From positions 238,764 to 302,763 of the forward strand of contig JAUXYA010000032.1 in NCBI GenBank assembly GCA_030684405.1: a stretch of DNA of 64,000 nt. The letters run 5' to 3'. Position 1 is the stretch's first letter, and every line of letters begins with the position of its first letter. Both the position numbers and the translations under genes were made by a program. This document shows, piece after piece, positions 1-12,067 of the stretch. The DNA comes from Burkholderiales bacterium. GTDB lineage: Bacteria; Pseudomonadota; Gammaproteobacteria; Burkholderiales; SG8-41. The notes beneath the pieces were generated by a model. That model did not search any database. It was given only the letters and a program-made list of their open reading frames with translations, and was not told the DNA's origin.

Positions 1-20
1 TGCAGAAACAGCTCTGATCC

Positions 21-557
21 ATGGCTGAACCCGTCACCATTGCCCGCCCCTACGCTGAAGCCGCGTTCAGGCTCGCCTGCGAGCAGAACACCCTGCCGGC
101 CTGGACGGACGCGCTGGATCTGATTGCCGCAGTGGTCGCCGACCCGCAGGTCGCCGCGCTGATCGGCGCGCCGCAGGTGAGCACAGCGCAGCTTGAAGGC
201 ATCATCATTGGCGCGATCGGCAAGCAGCTCTCCGGTGAAGCGCGCAATTTGGTGCAGGTGCTGGCGCAGAACCGCCGGCTTGTCCTGATGCCGCAGATCG
301 TCGAGCTGTTCGGGGCGCTGCGCCGCGAGCATGAAGGCGCGATGGAAGCGACTGTAGTGTCAGCACTCCCGGTGGACGATGCACAGCTGAAGTCGCTGGT
401 CGCCGCACTGGAAAAGAAATACGGCCGCAAGATCACGGCCAGAGTCGAACTCGACCCGCAACTCATCGGCGGCCTGAAGATCATGGTCGGCGACAAAGTC
501 ATCGATGCAACGGTGCGCGGCAGGCTGGATGCCATGGCCGCCGCGCTGACCCACTAG
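21..557 (+). CDS. atpH: F0F1 ATP synthase subunit delta
   Basis: 178-aa ORF directly upstream of atpA in the canonical atpH-A-G-D-C order, with an OSCP/delta-like sequence. Confidence 0.9.
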   Translation: MAEPVTIARPYAEAAFRLACEQNTLPAWTDALDLIAAVVADPQVAALIGAPQVSTAQLEGIIIGAIGKQLSGEARNLVQVLAQNRRLVLMPQIVELFGALRREHEGAMEATVVSALPVDDAQLKSLVAALEKKYGRKITARVELDPQLIGGLKIMVGDKVIDATVRGRLDAMAAALTH

Positions 558-567
558 GAGCAACACC

Positions 568-2109
568 ATGCAACTGAATCCTTCCGAGATCAGTGAACTC
601 ATCAAGAGCCGGATCCAGAATCTGGCAGGAACCACCGAAGCGCGCACCCAGGGCACGGTGATTTCGGTGACCGAAGGCATCTGCCGCATCCACGGCCTTG
701 CCGATGTGATGCAGGGCGAGATGCTGGAATTTCCGAAAAACACCTTCGGTCTCGCGCTGAACCTCGAGCGCGACTCGGTCGGCGCGGTGATTCTGGGCGA
801 GTACGAGCACATCTCCGAGGGCGATATCGTCAAGACCACGGGCCGTATTCTTGAAGTGCCGGTGGGTCCCGAACTGATCGGCCGCGTCGTCAACTCGCTG
901 GGCCAGCCGATCGACGGCAAGGGTCCTGTCAACGCCAAGATGACGGACGTGATCGAGAAGGTCGCGCCGGGCGTAATCGCGCGGAAATCCGTGTCGCAGC
1001 CGGTGCAGACCGGCTTGAAATCGATTGACTCGATGGTGCCTGTCGGCCGTGGCCAGCGCGAACTGATCATCGGTGATCGTCAGACCGGCAAAACCGCGGT
1101 AGCGATCGACGCGATCATCAACCAGAAGGGCAAGGACCTGATCTGCATCTACGTCGCGATCGGGCAGAAAGCCTCTTCGATCAAGAATGTGGTACGCAAG
1201 CTTGAAGAACACGGCGCGATGGACTACACCATCGTTGTTGCCGCTTCGGCTTCGGAATCTGCCGCAATGCAGTTCATCGCCCCCTACTCCGGCTGCACGA
1301 TGGGCGAATACTTCCGTGACCGTGGCGAGGACGCGCTGATTATCTATGACGATCTGACCAAACAGGCTTGGGCCTATCGCCAGGTATCGCTGCTGCTGCG
1401 CCGCCCCCCCGGCCGCGAAGCCTATCCCGGTGACGTGTTCTACCTGCACTCGCGTCTGCTCGAGCGCGCTGCACGCGTCAACGAGGAGTATGTCGAAGCC
1501 TTCACCAAGGGTGCGGTCAAGGGCAAGACCGGTTCGCTGACAGCGCTGCCTGTGATTGAAACCCAGGCCGGCGACGTCACTGCCTTCGTGCCGACCAACG
1601 TGATTTCGATTACCGACGGTCAGATTTTCCTTGAGACCGACCTGTTCAATGCCGGTATCCGTCCCGCGATCAACGCCGGTATTTCGGTATCGCGCGTCGG
1701 TGGTGCTGCGCAGACCAAGATCATCAAGAAGCTCGGTGGCGGCGTGCGCCTGGCGTTGGCGCAGTATCGCGAACTGGCGGCTTTCGCGCAGTTCGCATCC
1801 GACCTTGACGAGGCCACCCGCAAGCAGCTCGAGCGCGGCCGCCTGGTCACTGAACTGATGAAACAGCCGCAGTACGAACCGCTGCAGGTTTGGGAAATGG
1901 CGCTGACGCTGTTTGCGGTCAACGGCAGTCACCTCGACGACGTCGATGTCAAAAAAGCCCTGGCGGCCGAGCGTTCGATGCGTGATTACATCAAGGCCAA
2001 ATACGGCGACTTGGTGCAACGCATTGAGGACAGCAAGGATCTCTCCAAGGACGATGAAGAGAAGCTGACCGCGGCAATCAAGGACTGGAAACAGAACGGT
2101 TCTTACTAG
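568..2109 (+). CDS. atpA: F0F1 ATP synthase subunit alpha
   Basis: 513 aa with Walker A GDRQTGKT and full-length F1-alpha-like sequence. Confidence 0.97.
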   Translation: MQLNPSEISELIKSRIQNLAGTTEARTQGTVISVTEGICRIHGLADVMQGEMLEFPKNTFGLALNLERDSVGAVILGEYEHISEGDIVKTTGRILEVPVGPELIGRVVNSLGQPIDGKGPVNAKMTDVIEKVAPGVIARKSVSQPVQTGLKSIDSMVPVGRGQRELIIGDRQTGKTAVAIDAIINQKGKDLICIYVAIGQKASSIKNVVRKLEEHGAMDYTIVVAASASESAAMQFIAPYSGCTMGEYFRDRGEDALIIYDDLTKQAWAYRQVSLLLRRPPGREAYPGDVFYLHSRLLERAARVNEEYVEAFTKGAVKGKTGSLTALPVIETQAGDVTAFVPTNVISITDGQIFLETDLFNAGIRPAINAGISVSRVGGAAQTKIIKKLGGGVRLALAQYRELAAFAQFASDLDEATRKQLERGRLVTELMKQPQYEPLQVWEMALTLFAVNGSHLDDVDVKKALAAERSMRDYIKAKYGDLVQRIEDSKDLSKDDEEKLTAAIKDWKQNGSY

Positions 2110-2130
2110 CGCGACCACAATTAATTAACG

Positions 2131-2148
2131 TTTAAAAACAAATACTTA
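2131..2148 (+). repeat. AT-rich 18-mer motif copy f (TTTAAAAACAAATACTTA)
   Basis: Member of the WWTAAAAWCAA-N4-TTA family. Its first 14 nt are an exact inverted copy of 41841-41854. It ends 5 nt before the atpG ATG, which has no obvious SD. Confidence 0.7.
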
Positions 2149-2152
2149 AGAT

Positions 2153-3016
2153 ATGGCTGGTTCGAAGGAAATCCGCACCAAGATCAAGAGCGTGCAGAAC
2201 ACGCGCAAGATCACCAAGGCGATGGAAATGGTCGCGGCCTCGAAAATGCGCCGCGCGCAGGAACGCATGCGCACGTCGCGTCCGTACAGCGAGAGGATCC
2301 GCAACGTCGCCGCGCACATCAGCCATGCCAATCCGGAGTATCGCCATCCCTTCCTGGTGGACCGCAATTCGGGCAATCGCATCGGCCTGATCGTGGTCAC
2401 CACCGACAAGGGCCTCTGCGGCGGCTTGAATACCAATGCCCTGCGCCTGGCCTTGAACAAGATCAAGGAATGGGAAGCCCAGGGTGAAGAAATCGAAGTC
2501 TGCGCGCTGGGCAACAAGGGTCTGGGTTTCATGCAACGCCTCGGCGCCACAGTCACCTCGCAGGTGATTGGTCTCGGCGACAAGCCGCACATGGATAAAC
2601 TGATCGGCGCGGTGAAGATCATGCTCGACGGTTATACCCAGGACCGATTTGATCGGCTGATGATCATCTACACCCGTTTCATCAATACGATGAAGCAGGA
2701 AGCAGTGGTGGAACAACTGCTGCCGCTGTCGGGTGACGCGCTGGGCGCACCGGAAGGTTCCTGGGATTACATCTACGAGCCGGATCCCAAGGTTGTGCTC
2801 GACCAGGTGCTGACGCGTTATGTCGAGACCCTGATTTACCAGGGTGTGGCCGAGAACATGGCTTCCGAGCAGTCGGCGCGGATGGTGGCAATGAAAGCCG
2901 CCTCGGACAATGCCGGCAAGGTCATTGAAGAATTGACACTGATTTACAACAAGACTCGACAGGCCTCGATTACCAAGGAGCTGTCGGAGATCGTCGCCGG
3001 CGCGGCAGCGGTCTGA
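2153..3016 (+). CDS. atpG: F0F1 ATP synthase subunit gamma
   Basis: 287-aa ORF between the alpha and beta subunits, with typical gamma N- and C-terminal helices (…[15 protein letters not shown]). Confidence 0.95.
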   Translation: MAGSKEIRTKIKSVQNTRKITKAMEMVAASKMRRAQERMRTSRPYSERIRNVAAHISHANPEYRHPFLVDRNSGNRIGLIVVTTDKGLCGGLNTNALRLALNKIKEWEAQGEEIEVCALGNKGLGFMQRLGATVTSQVIGLGDKPHMDKLIGAVKIMLDGYTQDRFDRLMIIYTRFINTMKQEAVVEQLLPLSGDALGAPEGSWDYIYEPDPKVVLDQVLTRYVETLIYQGVAENMASEQSARMVAMKAASDNAGKVIEELTLIYNKTRQASITKELSEIVAGAAAV

Positions 3017-3040
3017 TTGTTTGACGACATTTTGATTTAG

Positions 3041-4450
<1,410 letters not shown>

Positions 4451-4468
4451 CGGGCAAGGAAACCGGCA

Positions 4469-4900
4469 ATGGCTGAAGCAGTTCATACCATGCACGTTGA
4501 TGTCGTCAGCGCGGAAGAGCAGATCTATTCCGGCGAGGCGGAGTTCGTCGTGCTGCCGGGCGAAGCCGGCGAACTCGGCATCTATCCGCGGCATACCCCG
4601 CTGATCACTCGCATCCGCCCTGGCGAAGTGCGTATCAAGCCGGCGGGCGGCGGTGCCGAAGAGTTAATTTTCGTCGCCGGGGGCATACTTGAGGTGCAGC
4701 CAAAGGTAGTCACTGTGCTGGCTGACACCGCAATCCGCGGTGCCGACCTCGACGAAGCCAAGGCCACTGAGGCGCTGAAGCAGGCGGAAGAGGCGCGCAA
4801 GAATGCCCAGGGCAAGCAGGAAGTCGCTACCGTCGAAGCCGAACTGGCGATGCTGGCGGCTCAGCTGGCTGCCATTCGCAAGCTGCGCGGCAAACGCTGA
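4469..4900 (+). CDS. atpC: F0F1 ATP synthase subunit epsilon
   Basis: 143-aa ORF, last gene of the F1 block, with an epsilon-like sequence. Confidence 0.93.
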   Translation: MAEAVHTMHVDVVSAEEQIYSGEAEFVVLPGEAGELGIYPRHTPLITRIRPGEVRIKPAGGGAEELIFVAGGILEVQPKVVTVLADTAIRGADLDEAKATEALKQAEEARKNAQGKQEVATVEAELAMLAAQLAAIRKLRGKR

Positions 4901-4920
4901 GAGCGGATAGCGGAACGGCA

Positions 4921-4948
4921 AGGGCGGCTGCGGCCGCTCTTTTGTTTT
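4921..4948 (+). terminator. Rho-independent terminator after atpC
   Basis: GC stem AGGGCGGC/GCCGCTCT with loop TGCG, followed by TTTGTTTT. A second hairpin GAAGGCAGG…CCTGCCTTC follows at about 4952-4987. Confidence 0.6.
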
Positions 4949-5002
4949 GCAGGAAGGCAGGCCGCGCCGGTTGCCGCCCTGCCTTCATGCGATAATTTTC
5001 GA

Positions 5003-6373
5003 ATGCGATTCCAGGTCGTCATACTCGCGGCAGGCAAGGGCAAGCGGATGAATTCCGAGCTGCCCAAGGTGCTGCATCCGTTGGCGGGCAAACCGCTGCT
5101 GGCGCATGTCATCGCAGCCGCGCGCGAGTTGGCAGCAGAACGCATCTGCATCGTGCATGGTCATGGTGGCGAACAGGTGCGCAAGGCAGTGAGCGGCGAT
5201 GATCTGGTGTTTGCGCTGCAGGAACCCCAGCTTGGCACCGGACACGCCGTGCAGCAGGCCCTGCCGCAGCTGACACCGGCGCCGCTGACGCTGGTGCTCT
5301 ACGGCGATGTGCCGCTGGTGCGCGCGGACACGCTGCGCGGCCTGCTCGAGGCTGCCGGTAAGGGAGTCGCGATCCTGACCGCAGAACTGGTCGATCCCAC
5401 TGGCTACGGCCGCATCCTGCGCAACAAGGCGAAGCGAGTCACCGCCATTGTCGAGCAGAAGGACGCCACCGCCGCGCAGCGCAAAATCCGCGAAATCAAC
5501 ACCGGTATCATGGTGCTGCCTACGGCGAAGCTGAGGCAGTGGCTGCCGAAGCTGCGTAACAAGAATTCCCAGAACGAGTACTACCTGACCGATATTGTCG
5601 CGCTGGCGGTGAAGGACCGCGTACCGGTCAACGGCGTGAAGGCGGCAGATGCCGGCGAGACCGAGGGTGTCAACAGCCGCGTGCAGCTTGCGCAGCTGGA
5701 ACGCCAATACCAGAAACACCAGGCAATGCGGCTGCTCGAAACCGGCGTCACGCTGGCTGACCCCGCGCGCTTCGATCTGCGTGGCACGCTCAACTGTGGC
5801 CGTGATGTCTTCATCGATGTCAACTGCGTATTCGAGGGGAATGTGGAATTGGCCGACGGCGCCAGCATCGGCGCCAACTGCGTGCTGAAGGATGTCACCA
5901 TCGGCCCCGGCACCCGAGTTGAACCCTTCTGCCACTTAGACGGGGCGCGTATCGGCGCCGGCTGCCGCATCGGGCCTTATGCGCGCATCCGTCCCGGCAC
6001 GCAGCTCGCTGCCGAAGTACACATCGGCAATTTCGTCGAGATCAAGGCCAGCGAGATGGGTGACGGCTCCAAAGCCAACCATCTGGCCTATGTTGGCGAT
6101 TCGACGGTCGGCCGCAACGTCAACATCGGCGCCGGCACAATTACCTGCAACTACGACGGAGCCAATAAACACCGCACGGTGATCGAGGACGATGTGCACA
6201 TCGGCTCCGACGTGCAGCTGGTGGCGCCGGTGCGCGTGGCTCGCGGCTGCACGGTGGGCGCCGGCACGACAGTGTGGAAGGACACGCCGCCCGGCAGCCT
6301 GGTGCTGAATCCGAAAAACCAGGAACACCGCGCCGGCTGGCAGCGGCCGCGCAAGGCGCCAAAATCATCCTGA
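5003..6373 (+). CDS. glmU: Bifunctional UDP-N-acetylglucosamine pyrophosphorylase / glucosamine-1-phosphate N-acetyltransferase
   Basis: N-terminal LAAGKGKRM nucleotidyltransferase motif and C-terminal hexapeptide-repeat (left-handed beta-helix) region; 456 aa. Confidence 0.95.
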   Translation: MRFQVVILAAGKGKRMNSELPKVLHPLAGKPLLAHVIAAARELAAERICIVHGHGGEQVRKAVSGDDLVFALQEPQLGTGHAVQQALPQLTPAPLTLVLYGDVPLVRADTLRGLLEAAGKGVAILTAELVDPTGYGRILRNKAKRVTAIVEQKDATAAQRKIREINTGIMVLPTAKLRQWLPKLRNKNSQNEYYLTDIVALAVKDRVPVNGVKAADAGETEGVNSRVQLAQLERQYQKHQAMRLLETGVTLADPARFDLRGTLNCGRDVFIDVNCVFEGNVELADGASIGANCVLKDVTIGPGTRVEPFCHLDGARIGAGCRIGPYARIRPGTQLAAEVHIGNFVEIKASEMGDGSKANHLAYVGDSTVGRNVNIGAGTITCNYDGANKHRTVIEDDVHIGSDVQLVAPVRVARGCTVGAGTTVWKDTPPGSLVLNPKNQEHRAGWQRPRKAPKSS

Positions 6374-6389
6374 ACGGGGGCTCCTGAAC

Positions 6390-8216
6390 ATGTGCGGCAT
6401 CGTCGGTGCCATCGCCCAGCGCGATGTTGTGCCTATCCTGATCGAAGGTCTGAAGCGTCTGGAATACCGCGGCTATGATTCAGCCGGCATTGCGATCAAC
6501 GATGGTTCGCTCAAGCGGCTGCGCAGCACCGGCCGCGTCGTCGAACTCGAGCGTATGGCGCAGACCGTCGGGGTTGGCGGTCCGCTGGGCATTGCCCATA
6601 CGCGCTGGGCAACTCATGGCGTGCCTTCGGAACGCAATGCCCATCCCCATGTGTCGGGGACGATTTCGGTGGTCCACAACGGCATCATCGAAAACCACGA
6701 CGAACTCCGCGCCAGATTGCGAGCAGCGGGTTACGGGTTCCTCTCGGACACCGATACCGAGGTCATTGCTCACCTGGTGCACGAAAACCGCAAGTCTTCG
6801 GCGAGCCTGTTCGAGGCCGTGCAGAAGAGCCTGCACGAGTTGGTCGGCGCTTATGCGATCGCGGTGATCGACGAGGCAGACGGAGAGCATATCGTTGTCG
6901 CGCGCATGGGGGCACCGCTGCTGCTGGGTTTGGGTGACGGCGAAAATTTTGCAGCCTCCGACGCGTCCGCGCTGGTGCAAGTGACTCCGCGCATCGTCTA
7001 CCTTGAGGAAGGCGATTGTGCTGAGCTGTCCCGCGATCGCATCCGCATCGTCGATGTCGCCGGGCATCCGGCGATCCGGCCCGAGCAGCAGTCACAGTTG
7101 ACGGCGGAAGCGGTCGAACTCGGTCCCTACAGGCACTACATGCAGAAGGAAATCTTCGAGCAGCCGATGGCGGTGGCCAACACGCTGGAGATGGTGACTA
7201 ATGCGAGTGCTGTTGCGCCTCAGCTTTTTGGTGCCGGTGCTGAAAATATATTCAATAAAATCAATGGGTTAGTGATACTGGCTTGCGGCACGAGTTATCA
7301 CGCAGGGATGGTGGCGCGTTACTGGATCGAAGCCCTAGCCGGACTGCCCTGTGCGGTCGAGATCGCCAGCGAGTATCGATATCGCGAACCGTACAACGAT
7401 CCCGATTCGCTTGTGGTCACCATTTCCCAGTCGGGTGAAACCGCCGACACGCTGGCGGCGCTGCAGTACGCGAAGTTGCGCGGCCACCGGCACAGCTTGT
7501 CGATCTGCAATGTTCCGGAGTCGGCGCTGGTGCGTGCCTCCGACCTGCGTTTCCTGACCCGTGCTGGTCCGGAGATTGGCGTCGCATCGACCAAAGCGTT
7601 CACAACCCAGCTCGCCGCACTGGTGCTGCTGGCGATGGCATTGGCCAAGCAGCGCGGACGGCTGCCGCCAACGCGTGAAGGTGAGCTGCTGCATGCCTTG
7701 CGGCATCTGCCCTCGGCGTTGAGCCACGTGTTGCAGGTGGAGCCGGCGATCGCGGCATGGGCGGAACTGTTCGCGCGCAAGGAACACATGCTTTTCCTCG
7801 GCCGCGGCATCCATTATCCGATTGCCATGGAAGGCGCGCTGAAGCTGAAGGAGATTTCCTACATTCATGCCGAAGCCTATGCCGCCGGCGAACTGAAACA
7901 CGGCCCGCTGGCGCTGGTAGACCGTAACATGCCGGTGGTCGCCGTGGCGCCGCGCGATGCGCTGCTTGAAAAATTGAAGTCCAACCTGCAGGAGGTGCGT
8001 GCCCGCGGTGGCGAACTGTATGTGCTGGCAGATCAGGATACCCGCTTGCAAAGCGGCGATGGCGTCCACGTCATCCAAATGCCCGACCACGCCGGCCTGC
8101 TGTCGCCGATCCTGCATACCGTGCCCTTGCAGCTGCTGGCCTATCACACGGCCCTGAAGCGCGGCACCGACGTCGACAAGCCGCGCAATCTCGCGAAGTC
8201 GGTAACGGTCGAATAA
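6390..8216 (+). CDS. glmS: Glutamine--fructose-6-phosphate aminotransferase
   Basis: Starts MCGIVG (catalytic Cys2), has two SIS domains, and ends in the conserved …AKSVTVE; 608 aa. Confidence 0.97.
   Translation: MCGIVGAIAQRDVVPILIEGLKRLEYRGYDSAGIAINDGSLKRLRSTGRVVELERMAQTVGVGGPLGIAHTRWATHGVPSERNAHPHVSGTISVVHNGIIENHDELRARLRAAGYGFLSDTDTEVIAHLVHENRKSSASLFEAVQKSLHELVGAYAIAVIDEADGEHIVVARMGAPLLLGLGDGENFAASDASALVQVTPRIVYLEEGDCAELSRDRIRIVDVAGHPAIRPEQQSQLTAEAVELGPYRHYMQKEIFEQPMAVANTLEMVTNASAVAPQLFGAGAENIFNKINGLVILACGTSYHAGMVARYWIEALAGLPCAVEIASEYRYREPYNDPDSLVVTISQSGETADTLAALQYAKLRGHRHSLSICNVPESALVRASDLRFLTRAGPEIGVASTKAFTTQLAALVLLAMALAKQRGRLPPTREGELLHALRHLPSALSHVLQVEPAIAAWAELFARKEHMLFLGRGIHYPIAMEGALKLKEISYIHAEAYAAGELKHGPLALVDRNMPVVAVAPRDALLEKLKSNLQEVRARGGELYVLADQDTRLQSGDGVHVIQMPDHAGLLSPILHTVPLQLLAYHTALKRGTDVDKPRNLAKSVTVE
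7254..7271 (+). repeat. AT-rich 18-mer motif copy a (AATAAAATCAATGGGTTA), inside glmS CDS
   Basis: Full match to WATCAANNNNTTR plus an upstream A-tract. Its 15-mer AAAATCAATGGGTTA is identical to 21776-21790. It encodes …FNKINGL… using rare ATA/AAT/AAA/TTA codons. Confidence 0.75.
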
Positions 8217-8284
8217 TCCTGCCTGCCGCAGGGTTGCAGGTGATTGACGCTCTTCCCTGCGGTGGGGCGAAGCGTGTTCCGGCG

Positions 8285-8932
8285 TCAGCGCGTCCCGGCT
8301 TCGCTGCGCACCTTGTGCACCAGTCCGTCGATGATGGAGACAAGACTGTCCAGCGATTCGGCCAGGTTGCCGGAAGTCAGGTAACGGCCGTTGACGACCA
8401 ACGAAGGGGTGCCGGTGATCTGATATGCCCGTGTCAGCTTTGCAGCCTCTTCCACCTTGCGCTGTACTTCCGGCGAGTTGTAGGCCTGTTCCCAGCGTTC
8501 ACGGTCGATGCCGTTGCGTACCGCCCAGGTCGCCATCACTTCCGGCTTGCTCATGTGCAGCTCTTCAACATGGTAGCTGTGATAGACGCGCTGATGCAGG
8601 CGCTCGGCTTCTCCCAGCGCTTCCAGCGTGTAATAGATCCGCGCATGCGGTGCCCAGCTGTCGCGCAATATCGCCGGGATGCGTCGGATAGCGACGTCGG
8701 CGGGCTTGCTTCCGATCCAGCGCTCCAACCCGGGCTGCAGGTTGTTGCAGTGGGGGCAGCCGTACCAGAAAAAATCGATGACCTCGATGCGGTTGGCAAT
8801 CGCCACCGGCTGGGGCTTGATGACCCGGTAATCGATATTGGCTCGTACCGGCTGCTGTGCGGACGCGGGCAGCGGCACAGTCGACAGCAAAAGCACGCAG
8901 CAGGCAACCAGCAGCGCTGGCGCCCGCCGCAT
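8285..8932 (-). CDS. dsbA: Thiol:disulfide interchange protein DsbA (paralog 1)
   Basis: Signal peptide and thioredoxin fold with the WYGCPHC active site; 215 aa. Confidence 0.85.
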   Translation of the reverse strand: MRRAPALLVACCVLLLSTVPLPASAQQPVRANIDYRVIKPQPVAIANRIEVIDFFWYGCPHCNNLQPGLERWIGSKPADVAIRRIPAILRDSWAPHARIYYTLEALGEAERLHQRVYHSYHVEELHMSKPEVMATWAVRNGIDRERWEQAYNSPEVQRKVEEAAKLTRAYQITGTPSLVVNGRYLTSGNLAESLDSLVSIIDGLVHKVRSEAGTR

Positions 8933-8934
8933 GG

Positions 8935-9597
8935 CTATTTTCCGCCCTTGCTCTTGCGGGCTTCTGCGATCAGCCCGTCGACCACCTGGAAGAAGCGGTC
9001 ATAGTCGACGCTGCGGTCGGCCTTGAGGCTCATCGATGGTGCAGTCAGGTAACGTCCGTCCACCACGACCGCCGGTGTACCGGGAATGTCGTACTTGCGG
9101 GTCAGTTCAATGGAACGCTGGGCTTTGCCATTCACACCGAAGGAGTTGTAGGTATCGGCAAACTTCTTGCGATCGACGCCCTTGCTCGCCGCCCAGTCGA
9201 AGATGGCATTGGCGTCGCGCAGCTGCACGCGCTGCTTGTGCAGGGTAACAAACATTTCGTGATGCAGTTTGTCGATCATGCCGAGAGCTTCAAAGGTGTA
9301 GTAAGCGCGGGTCATCGGCAGCCAGGATTCCTGGAATACCGCAGGTACGCGTCGGAACTCGACATCCGCCGGTTTGCGCTTGAGCCAGGTTTCCAGCGAC
9401 GGCTGCAGGTTGTTGCAATGCGGGCAGCCGTACCAGAAGAACTCGATTACCTCAATCTTACTGCCGCTGTCGGTCGGTTGCGGCGGCTGCACCAGAGCGT
9501 AATCCTTGCCGGCGGTCAGCTGGGCATGGGCAGAAGCGAAAAAGAGGCTGAGGGCGGCAGCAATGAACGTGCGCCAGGAAAAAAGGGTGAATGGCAT
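8935..9597 (-). CDS. dsbA: Thiol:disulfide interchange protein DsbA (paralog 2)
   Basis: Signal peptide and WYGCPHC active site; 220 aa. It lies 2 nt from paralog 1. Confidence 0.85.
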   Translation of the reverse strand: MPFTLFSWRTFIAAALSLFFASAHAQLTAGKDYALVQPPQPTDSGSKIEVIEFFWYGCPHCNNLQPSLETWLKRKPADVEFRRVPAVFQESWLPMTRAYYTFEALGMIDKLHHEMFVTLHKQRVQLRDANAIFDWAASKGVDRKKFADTYNSFGVNGKAQRSIELTRKYDIPGTPAVVVDGRYLTAPSMSLKADRSVDYDRFFQVVDGLIAEARKSKGGK

Positions 9598-9617
9598 GGC
9601 TGCTCCGGTGGAGGAAG

Positions 9618-10202
9618 TTACTTGTCGGCGTCGCGTACCTTGATCAGCGTGGTATCGATGCCGTTTTTCTTCAGAGTATCCCGGGTGCGATTCAGTTCCT
9701 CGACGCTGCCGTAGGGCCCCAGACGTACGCGGTGCCAGACGCCGCGATCAGGCAGCGTCGTGGTCTGGATCGAAGCCTGCACCCCAAGCAGCGCCAGCCG
9801 CGCCTTCAGATTGTCGGCATCGGGTGCGTTCTGGAAGGCGCCGGCCTGCAGGTAGAAGGACTCACGGGCCGCTGCCTTGTTTTCCCGCAGCTGCTGGTCC
9901 GTGGCAGGCTCCTCGACGCCGGGCAGGATCTTGTAGAAATCGAAGCGAGGCTTGATCTCTTCCGCCGGCTTGGCTGTCTTGTCCGTTGTCTTGGCCGGCT
10001 CGGACCCCACCGGCTTTGCAGGCTCCGGCTTCGTCGCCGGGGCTTTGGACTGGAAAGGCGTGGGCATTTTGTTGATGTACCAGGCAACGCCAAGCGCGAT
10101 GGCCAGACCCAGCACCAGTCCAATGAGGATGCCGATAAATAGCGATCCGCCGCCGCTGCGGGAACCGCCCTTGCGCTCACTGCCTTTGTAATCCCTGCTC
10201 AC
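9618..10202 (-). CDS. SPOR domain-containing cell-division/peptidoglycan-binding protein
   Basis: N-terminal TM helix, a Pro/Lys/Ala-rich linker, and a C-terminal SPOR-like domain (FYLQAGAF…WHRVRLGPY…). Confidence 0.75.
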   Translation of the reverse strand: MSRDYKGSERKGGSRSGGGSLFIGILIGLVLGLAIALGVAWYINKMPTPFQSKAPATKPEPAKPVGSEPAKTTDKTAKPAEEIKPRFDFYKILPGVEEPATDQQLRENKAAARESFYLQAGAFQNAPDADNLKARLALLGVQASIQTTTLPDRGVWHRVRLGPYGSVEELNRTRDTLKKNGIDTTLIKVRDADK

Positions 10203-10211
10203 GCGCGCATC

Positions 10212-11951
10212 TTACATTTTTTCGGGAGCACCCACACCCAGCAGTGCAAGCCCGTTGCGCAGCACTTGCCGCACGGCCAGAGCGAGCGCCAGGCGCGCAT
10301 GCTTCTGCTCTGCATCTTCGACCAGAAAGCGTTCCGCGTTGTAATAGCTGTGAAACTCTCCGGCGAAGTCTTTCAGGTAGAACGCGATCATGTGGGGCGC
10401 CAGTTCGCGCGCGGCGCCTTCTATAACGTCCGGATAATCCATCAGGCTTTTGAGCAATGCGGTCTCGTGCGCGGCGACGAGCGGTGAAAGATCCGCGTTC
10501 CTGACGCTGTCCGGGTCACCGCCCCACTGTTCAAGCACGCTGCAGACGCGTGCATGTGCATACTGGATGTAATAGACCGGATTGTCGTTGCTTTGCGACT
10601 TTGCAAGATCGAGGTCGAAGTCGAGGTGCTGGTCGCTTTTGCGCAAAACATAGAAAAACCGCGCGGCGTCGTTGCCCACTTCCCGGCGCAGTTCGCGCAG
10701 CGTCACAAACTCCCCGGAGCGAGTCGACATCGAAACTTTTTCGCCCTTGCGGTAGAGCACGGCGAACTGCACCAGCGCGATGTCGAGCCGGGAGGGGTCC
10801 TGGCCGAGCGCCTGCAGGGCACCCTTGACCCGGGCGATATAGCCATGATGATCAGCGCCCCAGACGTCGATGACCCGGTCAAAGCCCCGGCCGAATTTCT
10901 CGAGATGATAGGCGATGTCGCTGGCGAAATAGGTGTACTGGCCGTTTTCGCGCTGCACGACCCGGTCCTTCTCGTCGCCGAAACTGCTGGATCGGAACCA
11001 CTTTGCGCCGTCCTGCAGGTAAACATGTCCGCGCGACTCCAGCTCGCGCATGGCGCGTTCGACCTGCCCCGAGTCGTAAAGAGACTGCTCCGAGAACCAC
11101 TGGTCGAAAGTGACACCGAACTCCTCAAGGTCGTCCCGGCAGTCATCGAGCTGCTGTTTCAGTGCGTGTCTGTGCACGGGGCCGTAATCGGCTCCCAACA
11201 GGCGCTTGGCATTGGCGATCAGATCATCGAGGCGTGCCTCGGGATCGGATTCGGCGTCGGCAGCTGTGGCTGAGGCCTCGGCCCAGGAATGCTGAAAACG
11301 ACCGCCTTCGGCTTGCCGCAACTGGTCGGCCATGGCGCGTACGTAATCCCCCTGGTAGGCGTTGCCGGGAAACTGCACCGGTTCGCCGCCCTGCTCCAGG
11401 TATCGCAACCAGGTCGAAAGCGCGAGGATGTCCATCTGACGGCCGGCGTCATTGACGTAATACTCGCGCGACACCTCGAAGCCGGCTGCCTCCAGGATGG
11501 AGGCAACGCTGGCACCGTAGGCAGCCCCCCGCCCGTGGCCGACATGCAGCGGTCCGGTCGGATTGGCGGAGACGAATTCGATCTGCACTTTTCGTCCGCT
11601 GCCAAGCTGGCTGCTGCCGTAGCGGTCTGCGGTATCCAGTACGCGGTGCACGACCCGCTGCTTGTAGGAGCGGGCGAGAAACAGGTTGATGAATCCGGCG
11701 CCGGCGATCTCGGCCTTTTCGAGATGGGGCGATGCCGGCAGCGCGTCAACAAGCTGCTGGGCAATGGCCCTGGGATTGCCGCGCAACTCTTTGGCCAGTT
11801 GAAGGGCGATGTTGCAGGCAAAGTCGCCATGTTGCGACTGTTTCGGCCGATCAAGGACGATGGCGGCAGTCGCTGAGGGTGCAACCTCTGCCAGTGCTTC
11901 ACGCAGCAGTTTACTGAGCAAGGCTCGGGCGTCGGTGGGCGGGGTGTTCAT
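10212..11951 (-). CDS. argS: Arginine--tRNA ligase
   Basis: Class I HIGH-type motif PTGPLHVGHGRG, an MSTRSG (KMSKS-like) loop, and a DALR anticodon-binding C-terminus. ATG at 11951 is chosen; the ORF is open to 12032. Confidence 0.93.
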   Translation of the reverse strand: MNTPPTDARALLSKLLREALAEVAPSATAAIVLDRPKQSQHGDFACNIALQLAKELRGNPRAIAQQLVDALPASPHLEKAEIAGAGFINLFLARSYKQRVVHRVLDTADRYGSSQLGSGRKVQIEFVSANPTGPLHVGHGRGAAYGASVASILEAAGFEVSREYYVNDAGRQMDILALSTWLRYLEQGGEPVQFPGNAYQGDYVRAMADQLRQAEGGRFQHSWAEASATAADAESDPEARLDDLIANAKRLLGADYGPVHRHALKQQLDDCRDDLEEFGVTFDQWFSEQSLYDSGQVERAMRELESRGHVYLQDGAKWFRSSSFGDEKDRVVQRENGQYTYFASDIAYHLEKFGRGFDRVIDVWGADHHGYIARVKGALQALGQDPSRLDIALVQFAVLYRKGEKVSMSTRSGEFVTLRELRREVGNDAARFFYVLRKSDQHLDFDLDLAKSQSNDNPVYYIQYAHARVCSVLEQWGGDPDSVRNADLSPLVAAHETALLKSLMDYPDVIEGAARELAPHMIAFYLKDFAGEFHSYYNAERFLVEDAEQKHARLALALAVRQVLRNGLALLGVGAPEKM

Positions 11952-12067
11952 TTGCTTGTTATGGAATATCGCGGGCGGAGCCCGCTGCCAGCTGTCAACT
12001 GACTGTTTTGGTGAAAGTTTTTGCCACTGCAAAAGTGTCGGATTTTAGCATGTCGGGTGGCCCCGAA

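Noticed and set aside
11952-12032. N-terminal extensions offered by the ORF track for argS, gltB (to 21783), the dGTPase-like gene (to 23097), pilN, Bug-2, Bug-4, the 2-hydroxyacid dehydrogenase, dapE, cytochrome c4 and the HI0933-like oxidoreductase (to 63716).
   Set aside because: The extensions are Arg/Pro-rich or overlap the upstream gene. The internal starts used here coincide with SD sequences, ATGA-type coupling, or the conserved family N-terminus.
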